Shown here in pieces: positions 39,501 through 49,782 of a DNA stretch of 64,000 bases. The stretch lies in assembly GCF_964355755.1 (NCBI RefSeq), contig NC_092679.1:13437432-13501431 (forward strand), read 5' to 3'. This stretch comes from Antedon mediterranea (taxonomy: Eukaryota; Animalia; Echinodermata). Positions within the stretch are counted from its first letter, which is position 1, and the number at the start of each line of letters is the position of its first letter. Made by a program: the position numbers and the translations under genes. Under the pieces are notes generated by a model that saw only the letters and a program-made list of their open reading frames with translations, had not been told where the DNA came from and searched no databases.

Positions 39501-42500
39501 CATTATTGATTGTCTCCATCCCCGAAACCTCGACTAAGAAATACCGGAATGGTGACCGGCGGGGGATAGTTTATTACCATTAGTTAAGGTTTAATGTAAA
39601 GCACCTAGAGGGGTCAGTGATCCATTAGGCGCTATATAAATACTGTTTATTATTATTTTATTATAGTCAGTTAGATTTTACATTTGTACATTACACCCAT
39701 CTCTCTGCATTACAGTAGGCCTACGGTAATATTTAAAATATAATCATCTTTCTATGTGACAAATACCGGTAGACCTGGAGCTTCCGTGGCCTATACCAGT
39801 TTATTTTTCTATTCTTCCTCTGTAGTGCCATAAGAAGTTTATTAAAGTATGCTATCGTATTTTCACGGTTTAACAATTTCTTGATATTAGTTAAGTTATG
39901 TGACGTTCTGGTAGGTTTCAGTACCCGATACTGTACAAACTAAATTTAATTCCGCCTGATGAATTCAAGTCACCTAAAAGTCGTTCATAAAGATCACTTT
40001 TTAAAAATTATACGTGCCTGGAAACCATCATTGCAGAAATAATGATCTGGCGCCTTCTCCGGTATATTTGATCCTTCGTTTAAAAGTTTTAACATGATGT
40101 AGGGTATGATTGGTGCAATTCTGTTCATACTACTACGGCGGAACAAGTGTTAATTCTGATCCGACACGCAAACCTCCTCTCTTCATGTTGAGTCCGACTG
40201 GAGCAACTACTTTCACACTACGGGTATGACGGAACATCTCTAGTTTAGTGTTAATTGTGATCCGACACAAACCCCCTTCTCTTCCATGTTGAGTCCGACT
40301 GGAGCAACTCTTTTCAAACTATGGGTATGACGGAACATCTCTAGTTTAGTGTTAGGCTAATTCTGCTGCCCTACATGCAAACGTTCCTTCTTCCATATTG
40401 AGTTCGACTAGAGTAACACTTTTCATACTACAGTACGACGGAACACCTTTGGTTTAGTTTTAATTTTGCTGTCCGACACGCAAACGTTCTTTCTTCCATA
40501 TTGAGTCCGACTAGAGAAACATTTTTCCTACTACAATACGACGGAACACCGCTACTTTATTGTTAATTCTGATCCGACACGCAAATCTCCTCTCTTCCAT
40601 GTTGAGTACGACTGGGGCAACTCTTTTCACACTACGGGTATGACGGAACACCTCAGTTTCAGTGGAGTCCGATTAGTGCAACCCTATTCACACATGACAG
40701 GGTTAATTCTGACATCTTTCTGTTAATGTTGTTTTGGGACGCATAAGTCTCTTCTGGAGTAAAACTCATTGAACACTACCTATATGGGGTTAGAGCCATT
40801 TTCATGAAAAGAAAATATTCTGAATATGGCATATTACATAACTGATCGAAATTCTGTAATTACCGGAAGCAAGAAAAATGTATTCTTCTCAGTTCTCAGT
40901 AGTAGTAACTTTATCCTGGTAAAGAAATCTATATATAGGTCGTATCCATTACGTCCCTTTAAAGTGTACACAAATCTGATTCATGTTTACTGTAGTCTGT
41001 TGTCGGATGAATAATAAAATTAGCGTTCAGTTGTTTTTTATGTTATTGCTCCAGATAAGATTTCTCAGTGCTGTATCCCATAAGCCAAGAAACCCTGGTG
41101 TTTAATTATGCAGTTCGAACTCTTAAAGCAGTCTGATAAAACATGTAGGAAGCAATTTATAATGGTGGATGACGTATTGCCTATTAGTTATAGGATCAAA
41201 ATGACAGTGACCGAACGTTGCTAAGTGGAGCAATTCCGGTTGCTGTCCGTGATATCTGTAATACAACTGTTCCGGTAATTAATGTCGCTTCTTCGTGTTG
41301 CTTTATTCAAATCGGGTGATGTACTCACAAAAGATTACACTTACAGGTCTATGATAAAATTATCCGATAATTCCTATAACCATAGAAAAGAAAATATATG
41401 GCCTAACAAGACTGGTGTAGCCTTGTGAAATTCATCATTCGTTAATAAAATATTTGTAAGAACGATAGAGCATCTGGTAGCCGTAAACATAATTACGAAT
41501 TTCTACAAACATTAAAAATTAACACCACACCATAGATATTTCTAGGGCAGAGACAATATATACCCTAACCCCCTAACTAACACGTCAATGTGACTACAGC
41601 AGAGGGCACAGGGATTGTTTTACTGAAACCACTGTCAGCTTAAACTATATTGGCACTCTCCTACAGAGGTTTAATAGTTATTATACTGTCTCTATAATAA
41701 GTCAGAAAATTGTTATTACAATCTACAGTATGAATCCATCAGGAAGTTTGAAGTATTGCTTGAAGACCGTGCTTAATGTAGGCCTACTGTATGCAGTATG
41801 TCTATGATATATTTTTAAATACATCATCGTCCACCGAAGCAGTAGCTCCCCATCATTCCACATGAAACTGTACCCCCTTTCTCTTCCGCTCCCCTCGTGG
41901 AAGATTTCTTCTGGAGAAGAAATATTGAAGACTAAACTAGGCCTAGGCTAATTATTTTATCCTGGCACATATGTCTAAAGTGCTGTACGTTCTGTTTATA
42001 TGACCCTAAAGCTTTCAATTCAATGTTTATTTTAAAGGTTTCCGTTTATAGGAAGACATTGGAAAGAAATTCCAATAAAAAAAATGCATTCATCACATCC
42101 CGTGGACTATTAATATCTTTTTGCCATTTTGATCGATGACCTGAGATGTAGACCATTGTGTTCGATCTATCACTTTTAAACCTACATCAGAACTTGTAAA
42201 AGATAAATTGGATGTATCCTTTTAGTTTGCGTATCATCGGCCACTTTGGTTGTGTTTACCTATTTGCATACTGCACACGCAAACAGTGTTAGGCCTATTA
42301 TTGTTCAGAGCACGTGCTGCTCTCGATAAACATTGGTTAAATATTTTTCAATGTGCACACTATTGTAGGGTTTAAAGGGATATACACACACAAAGAATTC
42401 GGCACGCGAGCTGCCGAAGTTTGACACAAACCATGGTTAATATTTTGAACATGTGTACGTTATGCACCTGAACATCAATTGTTTTCAATAGTTGACCCAT

Positions 42501-42791
42501 ACAAATCAGAACTCGTGACTCTTGTGTAAAAATAACGCTGGAAATGGAGATACGAAGGGAACAATAGTATTGCTGCAAATATATCATAGATAGATATAAT
42601 AGACATTTACGATGCATACTATAATATAGAACATTAATAACATAACCGATAATAAAAATTATTATTAGCTTACCAACTTTGTTATCCGATACACCTACAT
42701 TCCTTAATGCAGCGGCTAATAAAAACACACAAGATATAAACAGTATTCTTCTCCATAAGAAAGAGCGTCTTCGCCGTATAGCTATATTCAT
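18937..42791 (-). CDS. SLC24A4: Sodium/potassium/calcium exchanger (NCKX3/NCKX4-like), complete 18-exon CDS, 606 aa
   Basis: Exons in transcript order: 42791-42674, 36988-36881, 33450-33374, 32514-32440, 30106-30022, 27072-26969, 26240-26140, 25660-25607, 23779-23667, 22713-22638, 22343-22247, 21785-21658, 20972-20896, 20702-20615, 20397-20204, 19807-19695, 19364-19299, 19083-18937. All are GT-AG with consistent phases, total 1821 nt. Motifs: [15 protein letters not shown], alpha-1 repeat [20 protein letters not shown]...[21 protein letters not shown], alpha-2 repeat [13 protein letters not shown]...[15 protein letters not shown]. Likely co-ortholog of SLC24A3 and SLC24A4, so the symbol is approximate. 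Confidence 0.95.
20473..20575 (-). mobile_element. Minimal internally deleted HINE family B copy
   Basis: Keeps both termini of 47861-48576 (TTTTTAGTCGTG..ACTCTACAGGTCACTATGTCGG and GCACGCGACTACAGCCATGTATATGGCCTGTT) in about 100 bp. Confidence 0.65.
23210..23510. repeat. Tandem duplication of about 150 bp
   Basis: ttgagt.ttgtaactcgttaagcttgt...tttcaaagaatatctga..cgtgttttctcaat occurs twice. Confidence 0.75.
24960..25038. repeat. 16-bp minisatellite, about 4-5 copies
   Basis: (TATATATACAGAATTT)n; this explains the RIYIY-repeat ORF. Confidence 0.85.
25207..25417. mobile_element. Long inverted repeat, probably inverted Penelope-like pLTR fragments with hammerhead remnants
   Basis: Arms of about 85 bp are nearly perfectly complementary. 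The centre reads AUUC-CUGAUCA-U-AGUC-aaauaca-GAUC-GAAA-CA-UU-GAAU on the minus strand, and GATC-aaatcaa-GATC-GAAA-CG-TT-GAAT on the plus strand. Confidence 0.65.
26515..26935. repeat. Degenerate ~20-bp purine-rich tandem repeat
   Basis: Recurrent gacc(c)ttgagtgag(t/c)ggg motifs. Confidence 0.55.
27452..27516. repeat. (TA)n microsatellite
   Basis: Uninterrupted TA run. Confidence 0.95.
28300..28525. repeat. ~65-bp tandem repeat, about 3.5 copies
   Basis: gcaaaata.tagcttgaataagtcaa..cttttggatacctttatttaaagtaagttaggtggtctt repeated. Confidence 0.85.
29076..29235. mobile_element. MITE (PIF/Harbinger- or Kolobok-like)
   Basis: TIRs GGTTCCCACTAG..CG.AACGCAAG / CTTGCGTTGCGTCGCTAGTGGGAACC in a TTAA context. 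A diverged relative lies at about 38402-38570. Confidence 0.7.
29240..29407. mobile_element. PIF/Harbinger-like MITE abutting the previous one
   Basis: TIRs GGCTAATTTACA / TGTAAATTGGCC flanked by TAA/TTA-type sites. The same termini occur at 62145-62657. Confidence 0.65.
31483..32040. repeat. ~83-87-bp minisatellite (about 4 clean copies, then decaying shorter units)
   Basis: atcacaatgtcagcacctcactgaaatggatct...agtcacacacactcaga.atgccatatactgcatggcaaacaaga repeated. Confidence 0.9.
34070..35005. repeat. Local tandem duplication with an internal deletion
   Basis: 34070-34117 recurs at about 34641-34690, and 34360-34635 recurs at about 34695-35003. Confidence 0.8.
35911..36551. repeat. Homogeneous 27-bp minisatellite, about 24 copies
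   Basis: (AAAGTAATGTACCGTACAGTACCATGG)n with few variants and one truncated unit. Confidence 0.97.
37377..37649. mobile_element. MITE or foldback element with long TIRs
   Basis: TGACCAAGGACCATATTTTTACGACGTATTAGGGATGTAC...ATATGATTT pairs with AAATCATATG...GTACATCCCTAATACGTTGTTAAAACATGGTCCTCGGTCA. Inner GATTAAGGATATCGCC / GGCGATATCCTTAATC also pair. Confidence 0.75.
39331..39663 (+). mobile_element. L2-type LINE 3' UTR fragment (young copy)
   Basis: Near-identical reverse complement of 59108-59447. It ends TGTAAAGCACCTAGAGGGG...GGCGCTATATAAAT plus (TTA)n. Confidence 0.8.
40130..40670. repeat. ~88-92-bp degenerate tandem repeat, about 6 copies
   Basis: gacggaaca...gtgttaattctgatccgacacgcaaac...tcttccatgttgagtccgactggagcaact.ttttcacactac repeated. 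Confidence 0.85.
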
Positions 42792-42964
42792 AACTGCGTT
42801 TTATAGAGCCTGGCGATTCATCAACTTGGATCCACAACACGACGACCAGAATACTTCTATGTATGTGTATAGAAGGTAGGGAAATGTAAGCATGATTTTT
42901 GTTCAAAGCAGTATAATGCTATATCGCGGAAACAAACTGAATCGAATCGCCTATGATTAATATT

Positions 42965-43055
42965 TACGGTCCAATGAGCAGGCTCTCCTCCGTTTCCAAT
43001 GGCAATTGTCGAGCTGGTATGACGTCAATACATTTTCGTTTTTAATTGGCCGATT
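42965..43055 (-). promoter_or_regulatory. Probable proximal promoter of the SLC24 gene (CRE plus CCAAT boxes)
   Basis: Full CRE palindrome TGACGTCA at 43020-43027, with CCAAT at 42971 and 42996 and ATTGG at 43045, 180-260 bp upstream of the ATG. Confidence 0.5.
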
Positions 43056-45144
43056 AAACCAGCTTATACCCGAGGGACCTGCTCGACTTGGGGAAAATTC
43101 ACTGAGTAGGCCCTAGTTTGCAACATTTCTTTCTTTATTCTGTCCAAAAAACCTTTACAAGTAGTTCATATTTTATTTCCATCAAATGTTATTATGCTGC
43201 AGTTAACATTTAATGGAAATACCGTTTTCATAATGTTTTCACAGTGAAATAATCGGTACTGGGCGACATCCGACTCAATATACTTTGGTATCTATAGATT
43301 AGCCTTTACTAGATACTAGATAAATTGTATTTGGTATTTGTATGATATTGTTCACAGATTTGTACTTTTACCAGCAGAACAGACAATAATTTACGATATA
43401 CTAACCTAGTAGCCCTAAACTATTTATATCCGATGGCTTTGATTGAATTCGATATTCATTTTTTAAAAGCCTGCCCAGCACATTTTTCAGAATCACAATA
43501 CAAACATTATAATTAAAATAGTCTATACGTGATATAAATTAATTAACCACACGCATGGTTAAAATGTTGAAATTGGCCTAATTTGAGTACGTCGGGGGAA
43601 AATCCTTGGGCATAGACACTGTCGCTACGAAAGTATATGAAGGGATAGATATATTTTTAAGTTGAAGAATGCGTTTCAAGCTAGCGCAGCAGAAATGCAG
43701 ACCAATAATTGCTTAAATGACTCCAAATTATCACTGATCAATAATGATGACGGGCATCATAACAAGGAGTTATTGAACCAGGTGTTCTAAGTCAGATCGA
43801 ACGTATTTAAAGCAATCAGGGCCAGCATTGCCAGTAGCACTTGTGCGTTAAGCACTTTCGAAAGTCAAATACCGCCTGAACTTTTGGGAATTTATAAACA
43901 ATCCACTTGCACGTTGTATTAGTATGGCACGCCAGGACTCAACACGAGCGATGTGTAAACTCGACACGAATGAATGTGACATTAAAATGGCAAATTAAAC
44001 AATTGTTTTTACAACTATTTTTTCAGGGGAAAATATATCTTTTAGTACATCAACAGATTTTGATGTGTTTAGTTCAAGTAGGTCTATAGACATATGTTAT
44101 TAAAATAATTTTAAAACATTTCAACAATAACTCGTTATGATAAGATAGTGATTGTCAGAAAAACAATAAAATCAATTTTAAAACAATGCAAAATACAAAT
44201 ATAAATGAAACATACTTTATGTATTTCTTTTGTTGGTACTTATATTTGTTGTGACAAGCAAGACACGTTTCGAGTGACAATTCTTAACGAAATAAATAAA
44301 TTGAACACAAAGCAATTCTCATTGGTGTGTATAATTGTTCTGGTAAAACGGCACATGTCCTGTACCAGACCGGTGAAGATATTAATTTCCGAGTTCACAT
44401 TTTATTTAAACAAAAAGAATATATATATATATATATATAATAATATCAATCATTTCTACATTTTTGGATAAACATTTACACAGAAAACGTTTTCGTCACC
44501 ATTATATACCCAATACAAATTTCATTACGGTACACTCTTTATTTTCTATGACGTCATCAATGTTTGTCCTTGATGACCGAAATGTTGATTTAAAATCTCT
44601 GCAACATACCTGACGTGTTAATGGTAATTGATATGAGCGCACATTACAGATGGGCGAAATTGATTGTCATTGTAATAAAATATCATTATTTCATTCAATG
44701 ACAATTGTCAGCAGACATCTGAATGTTCTAAAAATGTCACGTCAAAACATATCAATCAAAGTGTTTCCATTAGGCCTATATATTATAGAAGTAAAACCAA
44801 AGTACACAAAAATGAACAAGTTAACCAATTTAAGTAGATCAAAGTTATAAGTAAACAAATTAAAGTTAACCTAACAAAGTAGATCTAGGCCCTAAGTAAG
44901 CAAACCAAGTAATTAAAAAAAGTTGAAAAACAAAGGCAACCCAAAGTAAATTTACAGAGGTAAAGTTAACTAAACAAAAGTAAGTAAACCAAAGTAAGGA
45001 GATCAAAGGAAAGTTTTTTTCCTTTTTCATAACTTTATCGTTTTATTGAGAATAAGTATTATTGTTTTTACTATTACCATGGGATGTACGCTTAAAACTA
45101 TTCAAGTCAAGTCAATTATCATTTATTGTCATTTGTTTTAAGAA

Positions 45145-45533
45145 AAATAAATTTTGAAAATTTTAAGCGCGCGTACGCATGCGTTACATGCGCTACGCAC
45201 GTAATTGTATTGCCATATGATGATTTATGCCCTGAAATTTATGAGTACCAAATTTTATTTAATTGTGATTCATGCTTGTGAAGATAATTATGATTACAAA
45301 CGTGATTTCGTTAAATCCTGCGTAGACCGCGTAATTTTTTATTGCGCACCGTGAAAACATAACCACATCGATTCCTGACCATAAGGAATATACTGTGAAA
45401 AATTGACTTAGCTAGATTAAACTGATATCAAGATAAGGTCAGAAAGCAATAAAACGCATAGTGATACCGGACCGACAGACAGACCGACCGACCGACATAG
45501 TGAACTATAGAGTCGCGTCCACGCGACTAAAAA
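45145..45533 (-). mobile_element. HINE family B, 5' portion (inverted relative to 47861-48576)
   Basis: Near-identical reverse complement of 47861-48245, including the (GTCG/GTCT)n microsatellite. Confidence 0.85.
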
Positions 45534-46189
45534 CATAGAAATTCTGTTGAGTAAAGTTATTGTTTCATTTCATATTTCTGTATTTTATTTTTAATTATAA
45601 ATTTTACTTTTTCAAAAAATGACAAGTTATTGTTTTTATGAATGATCCATGTGAATAAAGTGATTGGTCAAACTTATTTGAAAAAGAAAAGTAAACCAAA
45701 GTAGACGAAGATCCTGGGGGAAGGGTAGGGGGAACATGTCCCCCCACATATTTTTTAGTAAGGCACACCCCCCCCCCCCCCCACCCCCCACCCACTTTTC
45801 GACAGCAAAATCATTCAATTGAAATAGAAAGTAAGACTTTTATCGACATATCGTATGTAATTTTATAAATAAAAAAAAACTAAATACAAATACAGTATAT
45901 ATATTTTGAGTGAAACTGAAAACAGTGGGGCGTCAGGACCAGTGCCTAAAAAGTGCGTAACCCAAAATAATTATAATTATTCTTCTGGGCGGAATTTTTA
46001 TGTGCTCAGAAATCGATTGAAACGATCTATAAATTATTCAAAGAGCCGAGCTTCCAGGTGGACCCCACCGAGGGCCTTTGGTGGCCCCTGGCTACACTGC
46101 CTAAGGTTGCTGGCTTTGCTCGCAAAGTATTTCATTTTTATACGTCCCCCCCCCCCCCTATTAAAAACGGATCTGCGCCGTTGGATACT

Positions 46190-46930
46190 AGTAAGTAATC
46201 CAAAGTAAGTAAACCAAATTAAGTAAATCAAAAAGTAAATAAAAGTAGATCAAAGTAAGTAAACCAAAGTTTAGTGGATCAACGAAAGGAACCCAAAGTA
46301 AGTAGATCAAAGTAAGTATACTAAATTAAGTAGATCAAAGTAAGTAAACCAAAGTTTAGTGGATCAACGAAAGTAACCCAAAGCAAGTAGATCAAAGTAA
46401 GTATACTAAATTAGGTAGATCAAGTAAGTAAACCAAAGTAAGCAGATCAAAGGAAATAAACCAAAGTAATTAGATCAAAGTAAGTTGATCAAAGTAAGTA
46501 AACTAAAGTAAGTAGATCAAAGTTAGTAAACCAAAGTTAGTAAACCAAAGTAATTAGATCAAAGTTAGTAAACCAAAGTAAGTAGATCAAAGTTAGTAAA
46601 CCAAAGTTAGTAAACCAAAGTTAGTAAACCAAAGTAATTAGATCAAAGTTAGTAAACCAAAGTAATTAGATCAAAGTAAGTAGATTAAAGTAAGTAAAGC
46701 AAAGAGATTAGATCAAAGTAAGTAGATTAAAGTAAGTAAACCAAAGTAATTAGATCAAAGTAAGTAAGTAAACCAAAGTAAGTAAACCAAAGTAAGTAAA
46801 CCAAAGTAAGTAGATCAAAGAAAGAAACGCAAAGTAAGTTTATCAAAGTAAGTAAACCAAAGTAAGTAGATCAAAGAAAGAAACGCAAAGTAAGTTTATC
46901 AAAAGTAAGTAAACCAACGTACAAAAGTAC
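46190..46930. repeat. Degenerate ~14-bp minisatellite
   Basis: Mixed units CAAAGTAAGTAGAT and CAAAGTAAGTAAAC. More decayed relatives lie at about 44790-45010 and 46930-47310. Confidence 0.9.
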
Positions 46931-47860
46931 TAGTTAACTAAGTTACGTAAGTAAGTACACTGCTGGAAATCACAGTAAGTAAACCAAAGTATGTTTGAAA
47001 ACATGGAAAATCAAAGTAATCATAATAAGTAAGTAAACAAAGGAAGGAAACACAATTAAATAAACCCAACTATGTCGATCAGAGTAAGTTTAAAGTACAC
47101 AAAAATGATGAAAATAAAAGAAAATCAAGCTAAGTAAACATAAGTAAACTAACGTATAAGTAAAACCAAAACAAACAAAAAACATTCCAGTATACTTCTG
47201 ACAGGGAAAGAAATCGTACGTAAGATGTCTGTAAAAATCATAAAACTTGATCTTGATCAAAACCAATGTAAGTAGATGAAAAGCTATTAACCAAACTAAG
47301 CCAAAGTAATAATTATATGACAAATTAAACAACATTAGTTATACCAATGCCAATAGCGAATATGTATTATCTAAATATCAAAACTGTAACGGTTTATTGT
47401 TTTAAAATATCAGTTTTAATCATATTATCAATATCGTTGTAACACCGATTTGAATATTGCATTTTCCTACAAACATTTATTGAATTATTCAAGGAAAACC
47501 TCTAATTGTGTTCCCTCTTCCCTTCAATCTAAGTAATAATAATGATTTTAATCAGAAAATGCGAAAATGAAACAGTTGCATATGTCACGTCTGTTTAGCC
47601 TTACCCAGTATTGCAATTCATATTCCTAAGATTGTGATTTAATTGATGGAGCTGTTGCTAAAGTGTAGAAACTACCGTTACTGTATTAGTACGCTTATGT
47701 AAGACAATTCACATGCTTCATAATGTTCAATGGCGATAGACTGTATCAACAACATACAATCTAATCTATGTTTCTATATTAGCTAGAAAAATAGAGGCTG
47801 AATGCGTTTCTATTTAGCTGGCGTGTTATGATGATATGCGGCTGACTGACATAAACAATG

Positions 47861-48576
47861 TTTTTAGTCGCGTGGAAGCGACTCTATAGTTCACTATGTC
47901 GGTCGGTCGGTCGGTCTGTCGGTCCGGTATCACTATGCGTTTTATCGCTTTCTGACCTTATCTTGATATCAGTTTAATCTAACTAAGTCAATTTTTCACA
48001 GTATATTCCTTATGGCCAGGAATCGATGTGGTTATGTTTTCACGGTGCGCAATAAAAAAGTTACGCGGTCTACGCACGATTTAACGAAATCACGTTTGTA
48101 ATCATATCTTCACAACCATGAATCACAATTAAATAAAATTTGGTACTCATAAATTTCAGGGCATAAATCATCATATGGCAATACAATTACGTGCGTAGCG
48201 CATGTAACGCATGCGTACGCGCACTTAAAATTTTCAAAATTTATTTTCGATGAAATAAGAGTACGTTTCAGGCAATTTTAAGCGTTTACAAAATTGCCAT
48301 GAGTGCGCAGATTTTTGCGCGCGCACTGCGCGTTAATTGTTATTGAGCACTCTTTTTGCCCGATTTCTGTTTTCTTGACTTACTTTTCAACTCGAAATTA
48401 CGTTATACGAGCACGTCAAAAGTGACAGGCTACGCACGTGTAAATTAAAAAAACATAACTGTTTTTAAACATTTCAACATTTTTAAACATGTTCAGTCAT
48501 TTCGGTCAGTTGGTAGGTTGGTCGGTCGGTCGGTAAACACTAAGCACGTGACTGCAGTCATCTATATGGCCTTGTT
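47861..48576 (+). mobile_element. HINE/DINE-1-like non-autonomous Helentron, family B, full length
   Basis: Begins TTTTT-AGTCGCGTG (sub-TIR) with nearby GCGACT inverted repeat and a (GTCG)n microsatellite. Ends CACGTGACT (sub-TIR), short hairpin and CTTGTT. Confidence 0.8.
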
Positions 48577-49506
48577 GTTAAAAGAGCATGTATATATTGT
48601 ATACATTGTAATGCCAGCCTCATGTTTACAGAATCTACCGAATTCCTTCTTTATGAATTTTTAAGAAAATCGATATAGGCAGAACTGGCACAATATATAG
48701 CATATATTTTTAATTATTCATTTATTTCACATCATTTTCTTAATTGACCTAGATAATCGGTGAAATGTGTGTTTTATAGCAATATACTTTTACAATTATT
48801 CTGCAATTGAAGGCTCGTGCCTGACACGATTTAAAAGGGTTAGTAAGACGTGTGTTAATGGTCAACATGGGCCGTATATAAAGCATTACAAGATTTATGA
48901 AAAGCTATATAAACATTGAAGGCTGTTTGTAACGTGTGTATTACGATCACGAGATCGTTACAATTTGCCTTAAGTGCAGCGTAAAAAAGTCCTTATTACA
49001 AGTGTTTTCATTAGGTCATCAGCGGACAACTTCAGAGGCTTTTAAGCACGAGAGTATAATGCTGAGGTTTTTATCATAGTGTGTGTTTAGAGGTAATGTG
49101 ACCGCGCAACCGCCCCCACCCTAACACAACAGCCATAAAACAGTAGGTCACCCATAATTGTATGGACGAAAAGAAGATTAGAAGAAAAATATCGCACAGA
49201 ACGCACACATTGCGTGCGATATGGACGATTTATCGCTCAATATAGAAAACAAATTCCACATATTGTATTAATATTTTCTGTATTATGTAAGCCCGGAGAC
49301 ATTTAATGATAACATTTAGAAAGCGCTTGTGATCTTAAAATAAACATCATTCAGCCAGTACAGTTCCAATAAAATTTGAAGGCGGGATTTAAATTACTGA
49401 AAAGATGACAATGCTATGGTATCAGTGGCTGGATCTCAATTGAGATAAAAAATAAAATAAGCAAAAGCTAAATCAAAACGATAAAGTAAAAGAGTTGGAA
49501 AAATTA

Positions 49507-49543
49507 GCAGAGCTTTCGGGCAACACTAACCCTTCATCAGTGC
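49507..49543 (-). ncRNA. Minimal type I hammerhead ribozyme motif (Penelope-like element type)
   Basis: Reverse complement GCA-CUGAUGA-A-GGG(uuaguguug)CCC-GAAA-GC-UC-UGC. The core is complete, stem I is GCA/UGC, stem II is GGG/CCC, and helix III is replaced by the palindrome AGCU. Confidence 0.7.
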
Positions 49544-49782
49544 ATTTTATATAAATACATTTTAAAATACATTTATTGAAAATGTACTGTATTCTTATTT
49601 TCGATTTACACTTAACGAAATCAATTTATCAACTGTAAAAAAAAACGGAACCTGAATATGTTGCTTCTTGCCTTTAGGACATGAGAAATGCCCATTTTAT
49701 ACCATTATTATAAAATGAAATTCAACCTTGTGTTAATTTAGAAATAAAACCTAAACTATTGTGTTCTACATTTTACTGTAGC

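Noticed and set aside
49000-49025. Minus-strand CUGAUGA-ccuaau-GAAA, and a similar plus-strand motif at about 53083
   Set aside because: Stem II and stem I cannot form; likely chance matches.
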